Below the pieces are notes generated by a model. It saw only the letters and a list, made by a program, of their open reading frames with translations. It had not been told where the DNA came from and did not search any database. A DNA stretch of 64,000 bases from the NCBI GenBank assembly GCA_038087875.1, contig JAXLNO010004761.1:62001-126000 (forward strand), written 5' to 3'. The position numbers were made by a program, and so were the translations under genes. This stretch comes from Malacoraja senta (lineage: Eukaryota). Below, piece after piece: positions 27,991-39,711 of this stretch (positions within the stretch are counted from its first letter, which is position 1; each line of letters begins with the position of its first letter).

Positions 27991-28421
27991 GTTCCTGTGC
28001 TGAACTGTTCTATGTTGTAAAGCACTGTGGAATGAGGAGCAGGCAGGGAGGCAGGAGCATGTTTATTTTGTTCCAGGTCTGTCCGACAAGGGCCGGGGAT
28101 GCGGTGTGTACAGGATCGGCCTGGTCTCCACCCACATCAGGAAACCCCGTCACAGGGAACACCGACTGGAGACCCGACACAAACGCCCTTCCACCTCCGT
28201 CTTTCTCCCACTCACTCTTCTCATGTCATGAAGTATCCCTGGATCAGGCCAGGTTATTCCAGCCAGCCATCTATTCACAAACTGTGTCCGTCTCACTGGA
28301 GGTTCTGTGGGAGATCAAAACATTCTGGAAATAAATGAAATTCAAAATTAATAATTACAGACATGGAGTGGAGGAAATGTGCTTAAAATGTTAATTCCTA
28401 CATTTTTCCTATTTCCAACAG

Positions 28422-28757
28422 AAATCAGAAATCAGATTTATTTCTTGGATAATGGAGGCGGCATTGTGTTAAAAGGACCGGACAATCCTGCGAGTGTTGT
28501 CTGGGAATGGGAACCACACTCAGGGCCGGGAAAACACGCTGTGGTAACTCTCCGCGCCGAGAACAAGGGCTTGTGGAGCAGAGAGCGGGACAATGGCTGG
28601 GGAAACATAGACAAGAACCAGGAGGTGGATGTGGATCACCGTACTGGTAATCTGGCAATAAACAAACCCACATTTAAATGGTCAGGATTGTTCACTTTGA
28701 CCGAAACACATCCGAGGAACCAGATCCTGAAACGATATGAAATATATGGGATCAAAG
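28422..28757 (+). CDS. Ig domain 1, V-like with no cysteines (KIRNQIYF...VLKGP...WEWEP...GNLAINKPTFKWSGLFTL...YGIK)
   Basis: Acceptor tttcctatttccaacag, 336 nt, open frame, phase 1-1, donor aaaG|gtgagt. C-strand Trp and E/F-strand pattern retained. Paralogous to exon 33317-33661. Confidence 0.85.
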
Positions 28758-28959
28758 GTGAGTGGGCGAGACACGGATCCACAATATGTTTCTCTGTAAA
28801 TAATGTCACGTGTAATGATGAAATATGGCGGGAATTGTGAGACTTCTTCCACCCGATGAATCTCCCAATGATACAATTGGGGGAAAGATTTGTCTTCATT
28901 GATTCTGTGGGCCTGCGGTGAGATTGTCGAGTGACACTGCTGCTCAATGTTACCCAGTG

Positions 28960-29935
28960 AACCAGATCCATGCCTCACTTGGTTGAGATCCCAGAGGAAG
29001 TCCTTCATCTGTGGAACTTACACTGGTGGCAGAGTTCCCACCTTGAGGGCGGTTGGGGGAGACATGACAGGGACAAATGGTCAAACGTATCAATCCAGTT
29101 ACATCTAAATGTTGTTTGCATTCACTGGTCAGAGTGTAGCCGGTTGCACCAGCAGTGTCACGGTGAACAGCCGGCATTTACCTGTGTGAATATGAACAGC
29201 TTCAGGACTTCCACCTATGCGTTTCACAACGAGGAATTCCACAACTTGCTGACAGTTCTTGCGGTGAATCTGCCAGCGCTCCCCTTCACTTCTCCACGTG
29301 GAGACCAGGACTGGAGCAGGAATATGCTGATATTCCCGGACACTGGCACTGGGAAAACTGCTCCCGGATCCGGTGCCTGCAGGGGTGGAGACTCTTCAGG
29401 AATCAAAACTAATCGTTATTGTAGAATTAGACTCTTTCATGATAAAAAATTGAAATATTCAATATTAATAAATGTGTTTACTTCTAAAGGTTGGTGCCAC
29501 TCAGAACCATTCCAACAGCATGGGAGCTTTAGCCGAGGATGAACAAGGCCTTTGCATCCTGTAGATAATTCTCCACAGGTGTAAAGGGATTGGGATTTGT
29601 TCATTGCTCTAACGTTTGCCGAGATACAGTGAATGAGGTTGGATGCAACTACTTTGATCTTCATGTTTTCCCCAGCGAAATTTCCATTGCAGAATATTCT
29701 AGGCTGCAGGAGTACGTGCTGAGGGACACACTGAAGATCAGTGCAGACAAAGCAAAGGCATTGTGGAATAGAACTACAGTCCATGGACCTTCTGCCACCA
29801 GTCCCCGCCGAGCTAAATCTAATGTACAAACCTCTGAAACACATGAATTGGTATAATCTCAGGATGCAGCATGAGTGTCAAGAGTGTTATGTACACAAAA
29901 TGTGTGAACACTGCCAAAGTGAGGATCAATAACAC
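28960..29935 (+). mobile_element. Degenerate L1/Tx1-like LINE 3' part
   Basis: Peptide LQEYVLRDTLKISADKAKALWNRTTV resembles Tx1-type ORF2 C-termini (from recall). Confidence 0.5.
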
Positions 29936-30306
29936 TATGTCTGTGTAGTCTGGACAATATCAAATTCAGATTTAGGTTCATATTAGTTCATTGTCATATA
30001 CATTTGGGTAAAACACATTCATTGTTCAGATAAAGTAAATTATAATAAAAGGTACATTAAAAAATGCAACAAAAACAATACAGCAGAATGGTGCAAAGAT
30101 TGCAGTGCAGTCTGAAGTAATGCAAAATAAAACTAACGATTATGAAAATGCCCCAGGGGATGATGAGTGTTTGTGGCTCTGGGCTTGGACTAGCTGGAGT
30201 TTAGAAGAATGAGGGGCGGGTCTAGGTTTTAAGTTGAGTTGAGCCCAGTCATTGGACTTGTACTAACCACTACTCACTCTGAATCTCATTGATCTGTTTT
30301 TCACAT

Positions 30307-30577
30307 TCGAGGCAAGTCCACAGAGGCCTCTGCTGGGCAGTGACGTCACACTCAGCTGCACAATCTCCAGACTCTCAGATACAGTCAGTCTTCACTGGAG
30401 ACACATCGACTCATCCCAGCAGAACAGGAGCAACACTGATCAGATCCGCCTGGATAACACGGTCTATCTGATGGTTCAACACGTTACAGTGGAGGATGGG
30501 AAGCTGTATGATGTGTGATTTGCAGGAAAACGGAAACATTGTTCACACAAGTAATGGAGATTTTACTGTAAACAACA
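30307..30577 (+). pseudogene. Ig domain 2, C2-like, disabled
   Basis: Aligns to exon 34704-34976 (VEASPQRPLLGSDVTLSCTISRLSDTVSLHW...). Acceptor reads cacAT instead of cacAG. Length is 271 nt (3n+1). An extra base near 30510 gives TGA at 30516-30518; removing it restores LYxCDLQENG. Donor aaca|gtgagt is intact. Confidence 0.85.
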
Positions 30578-31627
30578 GTGAGTGTAAACACCTCCCATTG
30601 GATATCAAGTAGACACTTGTCTCACGGTGCTTCTTGTAATATTATGTGTGCGCCCTGTGAAGAACTGTGGCAGTGACCAACTGCTTTCCAGTATAAAATG
30701 CTGCAATGATCAGGGAGAAGTTTACAGAAAGTCTCTCTGTGGAGCAGCTGCCTGCTTGTCTCTGTGTGACAGACACACAGCACAGGAGGGGGTGTCTTTC
30801 TGTAACCATTGTTCAGTCAAGTATTTTGTCAGTTTATCTTGCCATCAATGCTCCAGTATCTGAGACTGAGATACTGATACAGGACTCACGTCAAAGTGTC
30901 AGATAGAAAGTGTAGTCACCATGACAACCACCAGCACTTGCTGCTCACACTCACACTGGGGGTCCCGGCCCACACATTAGCACTGAACAACAATCCATCC
31001 CCTCTCCCCTCACTGACCCTTCTCTCCGAGTCTGGTGTTGCTTGAAGTGATTCCACCTGCTGCAGACTCGGGTGTCAGATCAGCATTCAGCTGGGAGCAG
31101 GACCCGGGAACAGGGAAGGACAGGGAATCAATGGGTGTGAATGGGAGAGGGATGGTGGGAATAATGGGAATGAAGGGACGGGAAGACCCGACCCACTTGA
31201 AGTGCCAACCTGTCCGGGTCAGTCCCCGCGCAGGCATCCTCTGGGCTGCTTCTGTCCGCAGCCTGAACCTGCACCATCTCCTGCAGACAGACTGACAGAG
31301 ACATTCACCTCCGAGACCGCTCTCGGGAGTCTCCTGGAGGTTTCATTCCATCCCGGGAGATTCCCGGACAGTCCGGGTGTGGGGGCGAACGTAATGTTGA
31401 AATGTAGAGTGGAATATCCAAACTTCACTGCAATTTACTGCCGTACAGGACATTGTATTTTATAAAGATCTGATGAGTTTAGTGCGGCATTCATGAAAGA
31501 TGTTACATTTGAAACTTGATCAGCTGAACAAAACACCACGAATGTTTATAAGAATACGATTGAGAATCTATGTATGGCACGGTAACTGTAATACTGAAAG
31601 GAGTTATCCTCTGTCTCTCTGATACAG

Positions 31628-31972
31628 ATTTATATAATGGGAAATACACACTTTACCGCTCCAGCACAGATCACAGTGAACTTCACCTAGGTTGTTCTGG
31701 GAGTTATGGTCGTAGCTATTCCCGTGCTCACTGGACCTGGGCACCTCTTCACCTTCATCAACAGCAGAAAGTAATAGCATCTGCAGAAGGTTCTCAGCCC
31801 AACAATGTCAAAGGGACCGACTTCGGGAATCGACTGGTGACCTCAGGGAAACCCTTCGATGGCAAGGATTTCAGTGTGAGGATTGTTCCCGTTTTGTTTC
31901 AAGATGCCGGAGTTTACGCTTGTTTTCTGGAATCAAATCGATTTCCCACCATTTATCTAATCACAGTAAAAG
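31628..31972 (+). CDS. Ig domain 3, V-set with Cys pair (ELHLGC...HWTW...DFSVRIVPVLFQDAGVYAC)
   Basis: 345 nt open frame, phase 1-1, canonical splice sites, classic DxGxYxC motif. Confidence 0.9.
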
Positions 31973-32050
31973 GTATGAGACAGAATGTTGCCACTGAGTT
32001 TACTGATGAACTTATTGTTTAAAATGTAAACAACCTGCTTGTTTCCACAG

Positions 32051-32311
32051 TCACAGCTGAACCGTCTGATGCAGTGACTGAGGGAGACACCGTTACCCTG
32101 ACCTGCTCTGTGTCTCACGTCATTGGGTCAATGAGACTGGTTTGGATCAATGGCGATGGCAAAAGTGTTGGAGAAAAGACACTGACTGTGGAAGAGAAAT
32201 CACCGAGTCTGGTTATTCAGAAAGCTGAGAGAGGCAGAGGGAACTGGAGATGTGGTTTGTTTCATCAAGACCTGCCACGGCTTTTTGTCCCGTACTATCA
32301 GGAGCCCCGTG
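32051..32311 (+). CDS. Ig domain 4, C2-set with WxC F-strand (VTLTCSVS...LVWIN...GNWRCGLF)
   Basis: 261 nt open frame, phase 1-1, acceptor tttccacag, donor G|gtaagt. Confidence 0.9.
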
Positions 32312-33316
32312 GTAAGTGATAAGGGTTTGTTCTTCATACTTAGAGTCATGATTGAGTTTTGATGTCGCTTATTGATCCTGAAATTTGAGTGGAATATTTT
32401 CTTCCAGTTTGAGTGGTCTAACTATGTTATGATCAATGAATTCTCAAATTTCAAATAACACTTCCCGAACCCCACTTCTCCCCCCCCTTCATTGTGCACG
32501 CATTTATCCCACCACCCAGTTATCCTATTCTCTTCCCTTCCTCTTTCAACTCATCTCCCACCCCTTCCTTGCAGTTTTCCTTTTATGTTCTTGCTCCACT
32601 TCCACCCATATCCCTCCCTCTGTTACTGATCTGACTGTAGATCAGTCAGTATTAGTTGACCTGATCTACGTCATGTTTTACTGCATGCCGCTGTGTACTC
32701 AAGCAGTCATCATATTATCTAGTCTGTTAGTCCAGCGTCTAGTTAGATTCGTTGCTGAGCTTGAGCTTACAACACCTAACTATTTGAGCTCTGTGTGTTT
32801 ACTATAACAAACAACTTCTTCTTATGTATGGATCCTGTTATTACACATGTTTATACTGACAACCTTTTGTCTCCATTTCACCCCTCCATTTTGTCATTAT
32901 CTCCATCCATCTACTCATCACCATTCCCCACCTATATCCACCTATCACTCACCATGCTTTGTCTCATGCCTACTTCCCTTCCCCAGTTGTCACTCTCCCA
33001 TTCCATCAGCCTGATAATGCATCCTGACATGAAACGTCATCAATCCATTCCCTCCACAGATGCTGCCTGACCCATTGAGTTTCTCCAACACTTTGCGTTT
33101 GATGAACATTCCACAATCTGCAGTTTCTTGTGTCTCCATGGAGACCCACTGGTCAGCGTGGACAGATTGCTGCAGAGGGCCTGTCTCCATGCTGTTCCAT
33201 GATGATGAATTATAACGTACAACTTAGTAAAGATTAATTCTCTGCAATATTGCTAATGACAAGGTCAGTGATAAATGATTGTCCAACATTTACACATTTG
33301 TTCTCTTTTCCTACAG

Positions 33317-33661
33317 GAAGAGGACATTCTATTTACTTTTTCCATCAGGAAGGCAACTTTGTATTGAAAGGACCAGACAGTCCTGGAAATGGCCCCATTG
33401 ACTTGGAATGGAGGCCACACTCAGGGCAACAAACCACAAAGCGATTGGCCACTTTCCGCAGAGAAGATCAGCAGTGGGCCGTACAATGGAGTGATGAGTA
33501 GAATCAAATACCAGGCATCTCCCAGAGGATGCATGCGGACTGGGGTACCCTTAATCTGAGGATCAGGATGCCCACATTCAAACTTGCAGGACTGTTCACC
33601 TGGAATCAGACACAGCCCGCTGGCAAACTCCTGAGACAGTGGGAACTATTTGGGATTAAAG
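33317..33661 (+). pseudogene. Ig domain 5, Cys-less V-like paralog of domain 1, with an in-frame TAG
   Basis: 345 nt, phase 1-1, canonical sites. Reads GRGHSIYFFHQEGNFVLKGP...WSDE*NQIPGISQRMHADW...PTFKLAGLFTW...LFGIK, with the stop at 33499-33501. Confidence 0.85.
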
Positions 33662-34075
33662 GTAATAGAGTCATAGTGTCACACAGCACTGAAACAGGCC
33701 CTTTGGCCCAATTCATCCATACTGACCAACTACCCATCTAAACATCCCATTTGCCCTCATTTGGCCCATATTCCTTCAACCTTTTTTTCTATATACCTGT
33801 TTAAATGCCCTTTAAATGCTGCACCTGCATCAAACACTTCCTCTGCTTGATCTTTCCATAAAGTATGTTCATGTACCACTCTTTTTGTCAAAAAACTGCC
33901 CCTAATATTAAGGTGTATATCAAATCTGCCCCTCTCACATTAAACATGGACTATCTAGTTTTTGATTCCCCAACCCTGGAAAAAAGACCATGTGCGTTTA
34001 CTATAGATATGCCTCTCATGATTTTATTCACTTCCATATAATCTCAGTTAAAGACATCCAAGAAATATAATCAGT

Positions 34076-34103
34076 CTGAAGAAAGGTCTCAACCTGAAAT
34101 GTC
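34076..34103 (+). ncRNA. Minimal type-I hammerhead-ribozyme-like motif with a complete core
   Basis: CTGAAGA, extra A, stem II AGGT-CTCA-ACCT, GAAA, T, GTC. Stems I and III are very short, so activity is unproven. Confidence 0.4.
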
Positions 34104-34143
34104 ACCTATCTATGTTCTACTATACTAAAAAACATCCCTACCT

Positions 34144-34580
34144 GGAAGCGTTGATGTGGGAGACGAGGGGGGCGAGGGGGACAGGTGGTCACTACCTGGA
34201 AGTGTTGATGTGGGAGACGAGGGGGCGAGGGGGACAGGTGGTCACTACCAGGAAGTGTTGATGTGGGAGACGAGGGGGCGAGGGGGACAGGTGGTCACTA
34301 CCAGGAAGTGTTGATGTGGGAGACGAGGGGGCGAGGGGGACAGGTGGTCACTACCAGGAAGTGTTGATGTGGGAGATGAGGGGGCGAGGGGGACAGGTGG
34401 TCACTACCAGGAAGTGTTGATGTGGGAGACGAGGGGGCGAGGGGGACAGGTGGTCACTACCAGGAAGTGTTGATGTGGGAGACGAGGGGGCGAGGGGGAC
34501 AGGTGGTCACTACCAGGAAGTGTTGATGTGGGAGACGAGGGGGCGAGGGGGACAGGTGGTCACTACCAGGAAGTGTTGAT
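34144..34580. repeat. 53-bp G-rich minisatellite, 8 copies plus a partial copy, in the Ig5-Ig6 intron
   Basis: Units start at 34144, 34198, 34251, 34304, 34357, 34410, 34463, 34516 and 34569, and are nearly identical. Confidence 0.95.
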
Positions 34581-34703
34581 GACATCACTGAGCACGGTAG
34601 CTCAACATTCAGCCGACTGTCTGTCTGCTGGAAAAAGACAATTCTGCCCACAGTAGTTCAGAAAGCTGTTGGTGAACTGAACCACATGTGTCTGTTTCCA
34701 CAG

Positions 34704-34976
34704 TTGAGGCAGACTCACCGAGGCCAGTGATGGGCAGTGACATCACCCTCAGCTGTACCATCTCCAGACTCCCAGATACCATCAGTCTTCAGTGGAAACC
34801 AAGAGGCTCATCTCAGCAGAACAGGAGGAACAACGCTGATCAGATCCGTCTGAATAACGCCGTCTATCTGATGATCCAACACGTTGGAGAAGGATATCCT
34901 AATCTGTACACATGGGAAGTGCAGGAAAATAGCTCCATTGTTCTCACTGGAGACACCAATGTTGAAGTGGATCAGG
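34704..34976 (+). CDS. Ig domain 6, C2-like, second Cys replaced by Trp (ITLSCTIS...LQWK...LYTWEVQ)
   Basis: 273 nt open frame, phase 1-1, canonical splice sites. Confidence 0.88.
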
Positions 34977-35296
34977 GTGAGTCCAAAGCTGCCTTGCAGC
35001 AGGTATTAAATAGTTCTTGATACCAAACTGTTCCACATGTTGTATAGTGAGCACTGACTCCACCCGTGGGCTTCCACACTGCAGGATGTGGACATTGCCT
35101 TTACCCTGGGACATGGTGTAAATATAAAATGGTGGCACTAAGATTGATGGAGCCACACAGGAGAACCAAGGGATTCATTTCAGTTCACCTGCATGAATCA
35201 AAGAGAATAATATCCAGTGATGGAAATAACATCTAGTTTTCAGTGTATAACTGAAGAGGAAAATGTGAACTAATTCAAGTATAAATGCAGAAGAAA

Positions 35297-35960
35297 TACC
35301 AGAATCAGAATCAGAATAACATTTTATTGGCCACGTAATCATACACAAGGAATTTGACAGTGCTTTGCTCGCATATGGTAAAAACACGATATACAGCAGA
35401 CAATTAAAAATAAAACATTATAATTTAAACATGTGAAAATAAAGTACCGGAGTAAAAAGAGGCTACCGACTTTTGGCTGTTGAGTAGAGCTACGGCTCGT
35501 GGGAAGAAGTTGTTTTTATGTCTGGCGGTGGCAGCTTTGACAGTCCGGACTCACCTGCCAGAGGGAAGTGATTCAAAGAGTTTGTGGCCAGGGTGAGAGG
35601 GGTCAGAGATGATCTTGCCCGCTCGCTTCCTGGCCCTTGCAGTGTACAGTTCATCAATGGAGGGAAGGTTGCAGCCAATAACCTTCTCTGCTGATCGGAC
35701 GATTCGCTGCAGACTCCAGGTGTCGTGCTTGGTGGCTGAGCCAAACCAGACCATGATGGAGAAGGTGAGGACAGACTCTATGATGGTAGTGTAGAATTGG
35801 ACTATCATTGCCTGTGGCAGGTTGTGTTTCCTCAGCTGCCGCAGGAAGTACATCCTCTGTTGGGACTTTTTGACTGTGGAGTCGATGGTGGCCTCCCATT
35901 TAAGGCGCTTGGAGATGATGATTCCGAAGAAATTAAATGACTCCACAGTTATGACTGTGG
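35297..35960 (-). mobile_element. Rex1/Babar-type LINE 3' fragment
   Basis: KKSQQRMYFLRQLRK...IESVLTFSIMVWFG...DPSHPGHKLFESLPSGR and a (attctg)n tail. Short tail copies also at about 7813-7915, 42670-42860, 50905-50990 and 51250-51325. Confidence 0.8.
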
Positions 35961-36124
35961 TGTTGTTGAAGATGTGGGGGGAGGGGAGGGGGAACTCTAC
36001 AATCAGGAGGGGAGGATTGAGTCTACAATCAATTCCACTGTCTATAGAGCACTGAGCTTCAGGTTGTTGCGATGTCAACAGGACACCAGCTTTATGATTA
36101 GGGTGACTTGGACATCGTGCTGAA

Positions 36125-36505
36125 GTAAGCATGCAGGTACAGCAGGCAATGGAGAAAGCAAATGGCATGTTGGCCTTCATAGCGAGATTTGTGTATAGGA
36201 GCAAAGAGATCCTACTGCAGTTGTACGGGGCCCTGGTGAGACCACACCTGAAGTATTGTGTGCAGTTTTGGTCTCCTAGTTTGAGGAAGGACATTTTTTC
36301 TATCGAGGGAGTGCAGCATAGGTTCACGAGGTTAATTCCTGGAATGGCGGACTGACATATGATGAAAGAATCGATCGACTGTGTTTATATTCACTGAAAT
36401 TTAGGATGAGAGGGGATCTTATAGTAACGTATACAATTATTAAGGGATTGGGCAGGCTAGATGCAGGAACAATGTTCCCCATGTTGGGCGAGTCCAGAAC
36501 CATGG
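36125..36505 (+). mobile_element. CR1 LINE fragment
   Basis: MQVQQAMEKANGMLAFIAR...[13 protein letters not shown]. Confidence 0.88.
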
Positions 36506-36614
36506 GACCCAGCTGACATCCCAGAGCCGGGGGTTTGTCCCTGTGGAAACTCACAACATTGTATCTCGGCGTGTATGGAAATCTAATTCTTTGTTCCCTG
36601 TCCCTCTCTTGCAG

Positions 36615-36953
36615 ATTTACATAACAAGACGTACACAGTTTATCGCTCAGTCACAGATCACAGTGAACTCGACCTGATTTGTGAAGCTTCTCCTGAGCTC
36701 AGCGAAACCAAATGGACTTGGAAATCACCACGTTTCCAGAATCAAGAGAAGGAAATAGCTTCTTCTCACAGGTCTGAGCCGATACATGTCGACAGGAGCT
36801 ACTTTGGGAATCGACTGGAAACCACAGAGGGAAATGTGAATGGCAAGAATTTCCATGTGAGGATTGTCCGCGTGCAGTTTGCAGATGCCGGAGTTTACAC
36901 ATGTTCCACAGGATCAAATAAAAATGTGAACATTGAACTAATCACAGTTACAG
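36615..36953 (+). CDS. Ig domain 7, V-set with Cys pair (ELDLICEA...KWTWK...NFHVRIVRVQFADAGVYTC)
   Basis: Translated by hand because it is absent from the ORF track. 339 nt open frame, acceptor ctctcttgcag, donor acaG|gtagga. Paralog of domain 3. Confidence 0.9.
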
Positions 36954-37758
36954 GTAGGAGACCGGTTGTTACTACTTTCAAGAATTAAGTTACTGGTGTA
37001 GAGTTTCTAATCTGAGTACAGACAGCAATGTCAGCAGAAATTTCCAAGTTTGATGAATTATTTTACCTACAGAGCTTCCTCTTCAACTTATTTGTATTTT
37101 GCTGAACCCAAAATCTGCCCTAAACAACATTATTGGGAATCATATCAAATGTTATTTTCATTTATTTTGCTGAAAACACATTGTTTTATACATAAGAGAG
37201 GGAATATGATGAAATGTGATTCAGATAGGTGCAAATGAGCTTCTATCGGAAATATTTAAAAATCATTCAATTTCTCTTAACACATTCCCCAAGTTTCTTT
37301 GACCCCAAACGACACATCCTAATTTTTGAAGGCTCACTCGATGCTTAAAACTGAGTGTATTTTGTGGAATTTATCGGTTAATATTTTCCTGGATGAGTGT
37401 TGTGGCCGAAACTGTGGCCAGAGACAATGATGTGGGCATTGGTTGCTCTTTGTATAATTAGTTCAAAACTGTTGTGAATGATTATGGAAAAGACACTTGG
37501 AGAGGTACATGGATGGGAAAGGTGCAGAGGGATATGGGCCAAATGTGGGAACATATTTTAGATGGAGCATCTTGGGTGGCATGGATGAGTTGGGCTGAAT
37601 GGACCGAATTGTTTCATGCCGTATGACTATGCCTCTAACTCTTGATGTGTAATATAATTTTCACACTTAGAACGCCAGATACTGGTGTCAAAGTACTGAG
37701 AAGAACACAACACAATCCAGACAAAATTCATTGTTTTACGATTTTCTTCTTTCCACAG

Positions 37759-38028
37759 TCACAACTGAACCATCTGGCGCAGTGACTGAGGGAAAAAAGA
37801 TTACCCTGACCTGCTCTGTGTCTCATGTCACTGAGTCATTGCGACTGGTTTGGATCAATGATGAAGGCAAAGTTGTAGAGGAGAAAAATCTCATGCAAAC
37901 AAAGCAGGAGGACAATTCTTTGCAGCTGATTATTGCAATAGCTGATGGAGTAAGAAGGAAATGGACATGTGGTTTGTTTCAACAAAGCACAGCCAAGGTT
38001 TTCATTCTATATAATCTGCAGGTGAACA
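37759..38028 (+). CDS. Ig domain 8, C2-set with WxC (ITLTCSVS...LVWIND...KWTCGLF...LYNLQVN)
   Basis: 270 nt open frame, phase 1-1, donor aacA|gtaagt. Paralog of domain 4. Confidence 0.9.
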
Positions 38029-38644
38029 GTAAGTTTCTTAGCCTCTGCTCTTCATTATCTCGACACAGAGTTCTTGGCACGTTGCTATTCTTTTTGGATA
38101 ACTTTTAACATTCCATGTCTTACTGCAAGTAGAGCTCAATCATAGACATTTCCTTCAAACTCCTTGTCCATGCCTATAAGGTCACTTCAATTGTAAGTAG
38201 TCCAGGTCTCTGAAGCACATGTGAGCACATGGATCACTACTGCTGGCAGACCACTGACCAAGACCTGTGTTGGCCATCTCATTGAAGGTGATCGGGAATT
38301 TCATCATCAATGTCTGTCCTTGTTGATAAGTGTCTCCACAGGTATGAAAACTGGTCCAGTAGTATGAAAACCAGTGTGTCACTGTGAACCTTTTTGTCAG
38401 AGGTCAGTATAGTAAGGTGGGCAGCTTGGTGGAAGATCTTTGCCATAACAGCCAAACTGTGCCCCTTAAAGATCACAAAAGTAGTGAAAATCATCTTAAA
38501 AATAATTGTACAAGTTTCTTTCACCTGTTCTGATGCTGTAAAACATTACAGCGCTTGAAGCATCCACAGTAACTTCACCAAAGGCTGCCATGTCAGAACA
38601 GAAGATGTGGGGGAGGGAATACTGATGTCTTCACCTTGTCTGAG

Positions 38645-38950
38645 TATGATGGCTCAGTGGTAGGGTTGCTGCCTTACAGCGCCAGGGACCCGGGTTCAAT
38701 CCTGACTACAGGTGCTGTCTGTATGGAGTTTGTACCTTCATCCCGTGCCCTGCGTGGGTTTTCTCCAGGATTTCCGGTTTTCTCCCAAATTCCAAAGATG
38801 TACAAGTCTGTATGTTAATAGGCTTGATTTAATTGTATGTTGTCCCTGGTGTGTGTTGGATAGTGTTAGTCTGTGGGAATCGCTGGTTGGTGCGGACTCG
38901 GCGAGCAGAAGGGCCTGTTTCCGCGCTGTATCTCTAAACTAATCTAAACA
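38645..38950 (+). mobile_element. HE1-like SINE
   Basis: Full-length copy with a taaac tail. Confidence 0.8.
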
Positions 38951-39711
38951 TGCCCTTTCCTCCCAATCCCACCCATCCATTAATCCCTGCCCTTCATGGG
39001 GTACCAAGCCTCGGAGAAAGACGTTTTGTACAATGCTGACAGAAGGCAAAGCACTGATCCCTAACAGAGGAAGATCCTGTAAACACCCAGGCACAAAGAA
39101 ACAATCTCCACCACACATAGATCAATGAAGAGTCAGTGAAGCACAACGTGGAAAGTATCAATGTCCCAACAGGAACACTTTAATTCCTCACAGATAATGA
39201 CATCATCCAATCATAGAATTGTGGAATGGTTGTAGCACAGAAGGTGGCCATTTGACCCATCATATCCATGCTAACTCTCATCCAGAGCAACTCGCTAATT
39301 CTACCCCCTCTCCTTTTGCCATTACATTGCAGCTTTTTCATCACTATATATTTCTCCAATTCTCTCTGGAAAACCACGATAGAACCCAGCTCCCCAACTG
39401 ATGCAGACAGTACACTTCAGACTCCAACTACCTGCTGCCTAAAAAGATTTTCCTCAAGTCATTCTAGCATGTTTTCCCCTTTATTTTAAACCTATAACTT
39501 TTTGTGCTCAGCCTTTCCACTGAAGGGAGCATCCTTCCACAATCCATTCTGTTCAGACTGAATAAATGATGCATAAATGAACAATGATGCCATTGATGTG
39601 ATGAAAGAGCATTATTGACTCTTGTCTTCAAACTCTCTCTTCAGTGTGCCATGGTAATAACTGGACAGAGAACACCATAAATAGAATCTCAATGATACCA
39701 ACCATGTTTAC

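Noticed and set aside
32312-33316. A second leader or TM exon that would make Ig5-8 a separate gene
   Set aside because: Only repeat-derived and low-complexity sequence; no phase-compatible hydrophobic exon seen.
33499-33501. Programmed read-through or recoding of the Ig5 stop
   Set aside because: It is TAG, not TGA, there is no recognisable read-through context, and other lesions in the locus make a simple nonsense mutation more parsimonious.
34144-34580. Regular repeats as a CRISPR array (also 885-1204, 13810-14140 and 54908-55145)
   Set aside because: Head-to-tail units without unique spacers, no cas genes, and vertebrate context.
38029-38108. Read-through of Ig8 into the intron (SKFLSLCSSLSRHRVLGTLLFFLDNF*) as a membrane or GPI anchor
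   Set aside because: Only about 8 contiguous hydrophobic residues, and a strong gtaagt donor is present.
39068-39128. GRSCKHPG after a possible acceptor, resembling the CxH LCK-binding motif of fish and shark CD4
   Set aside because: All three frames hit a stop before any usable donor and the polypyrimidine tract is weak. Not a supportable exon.
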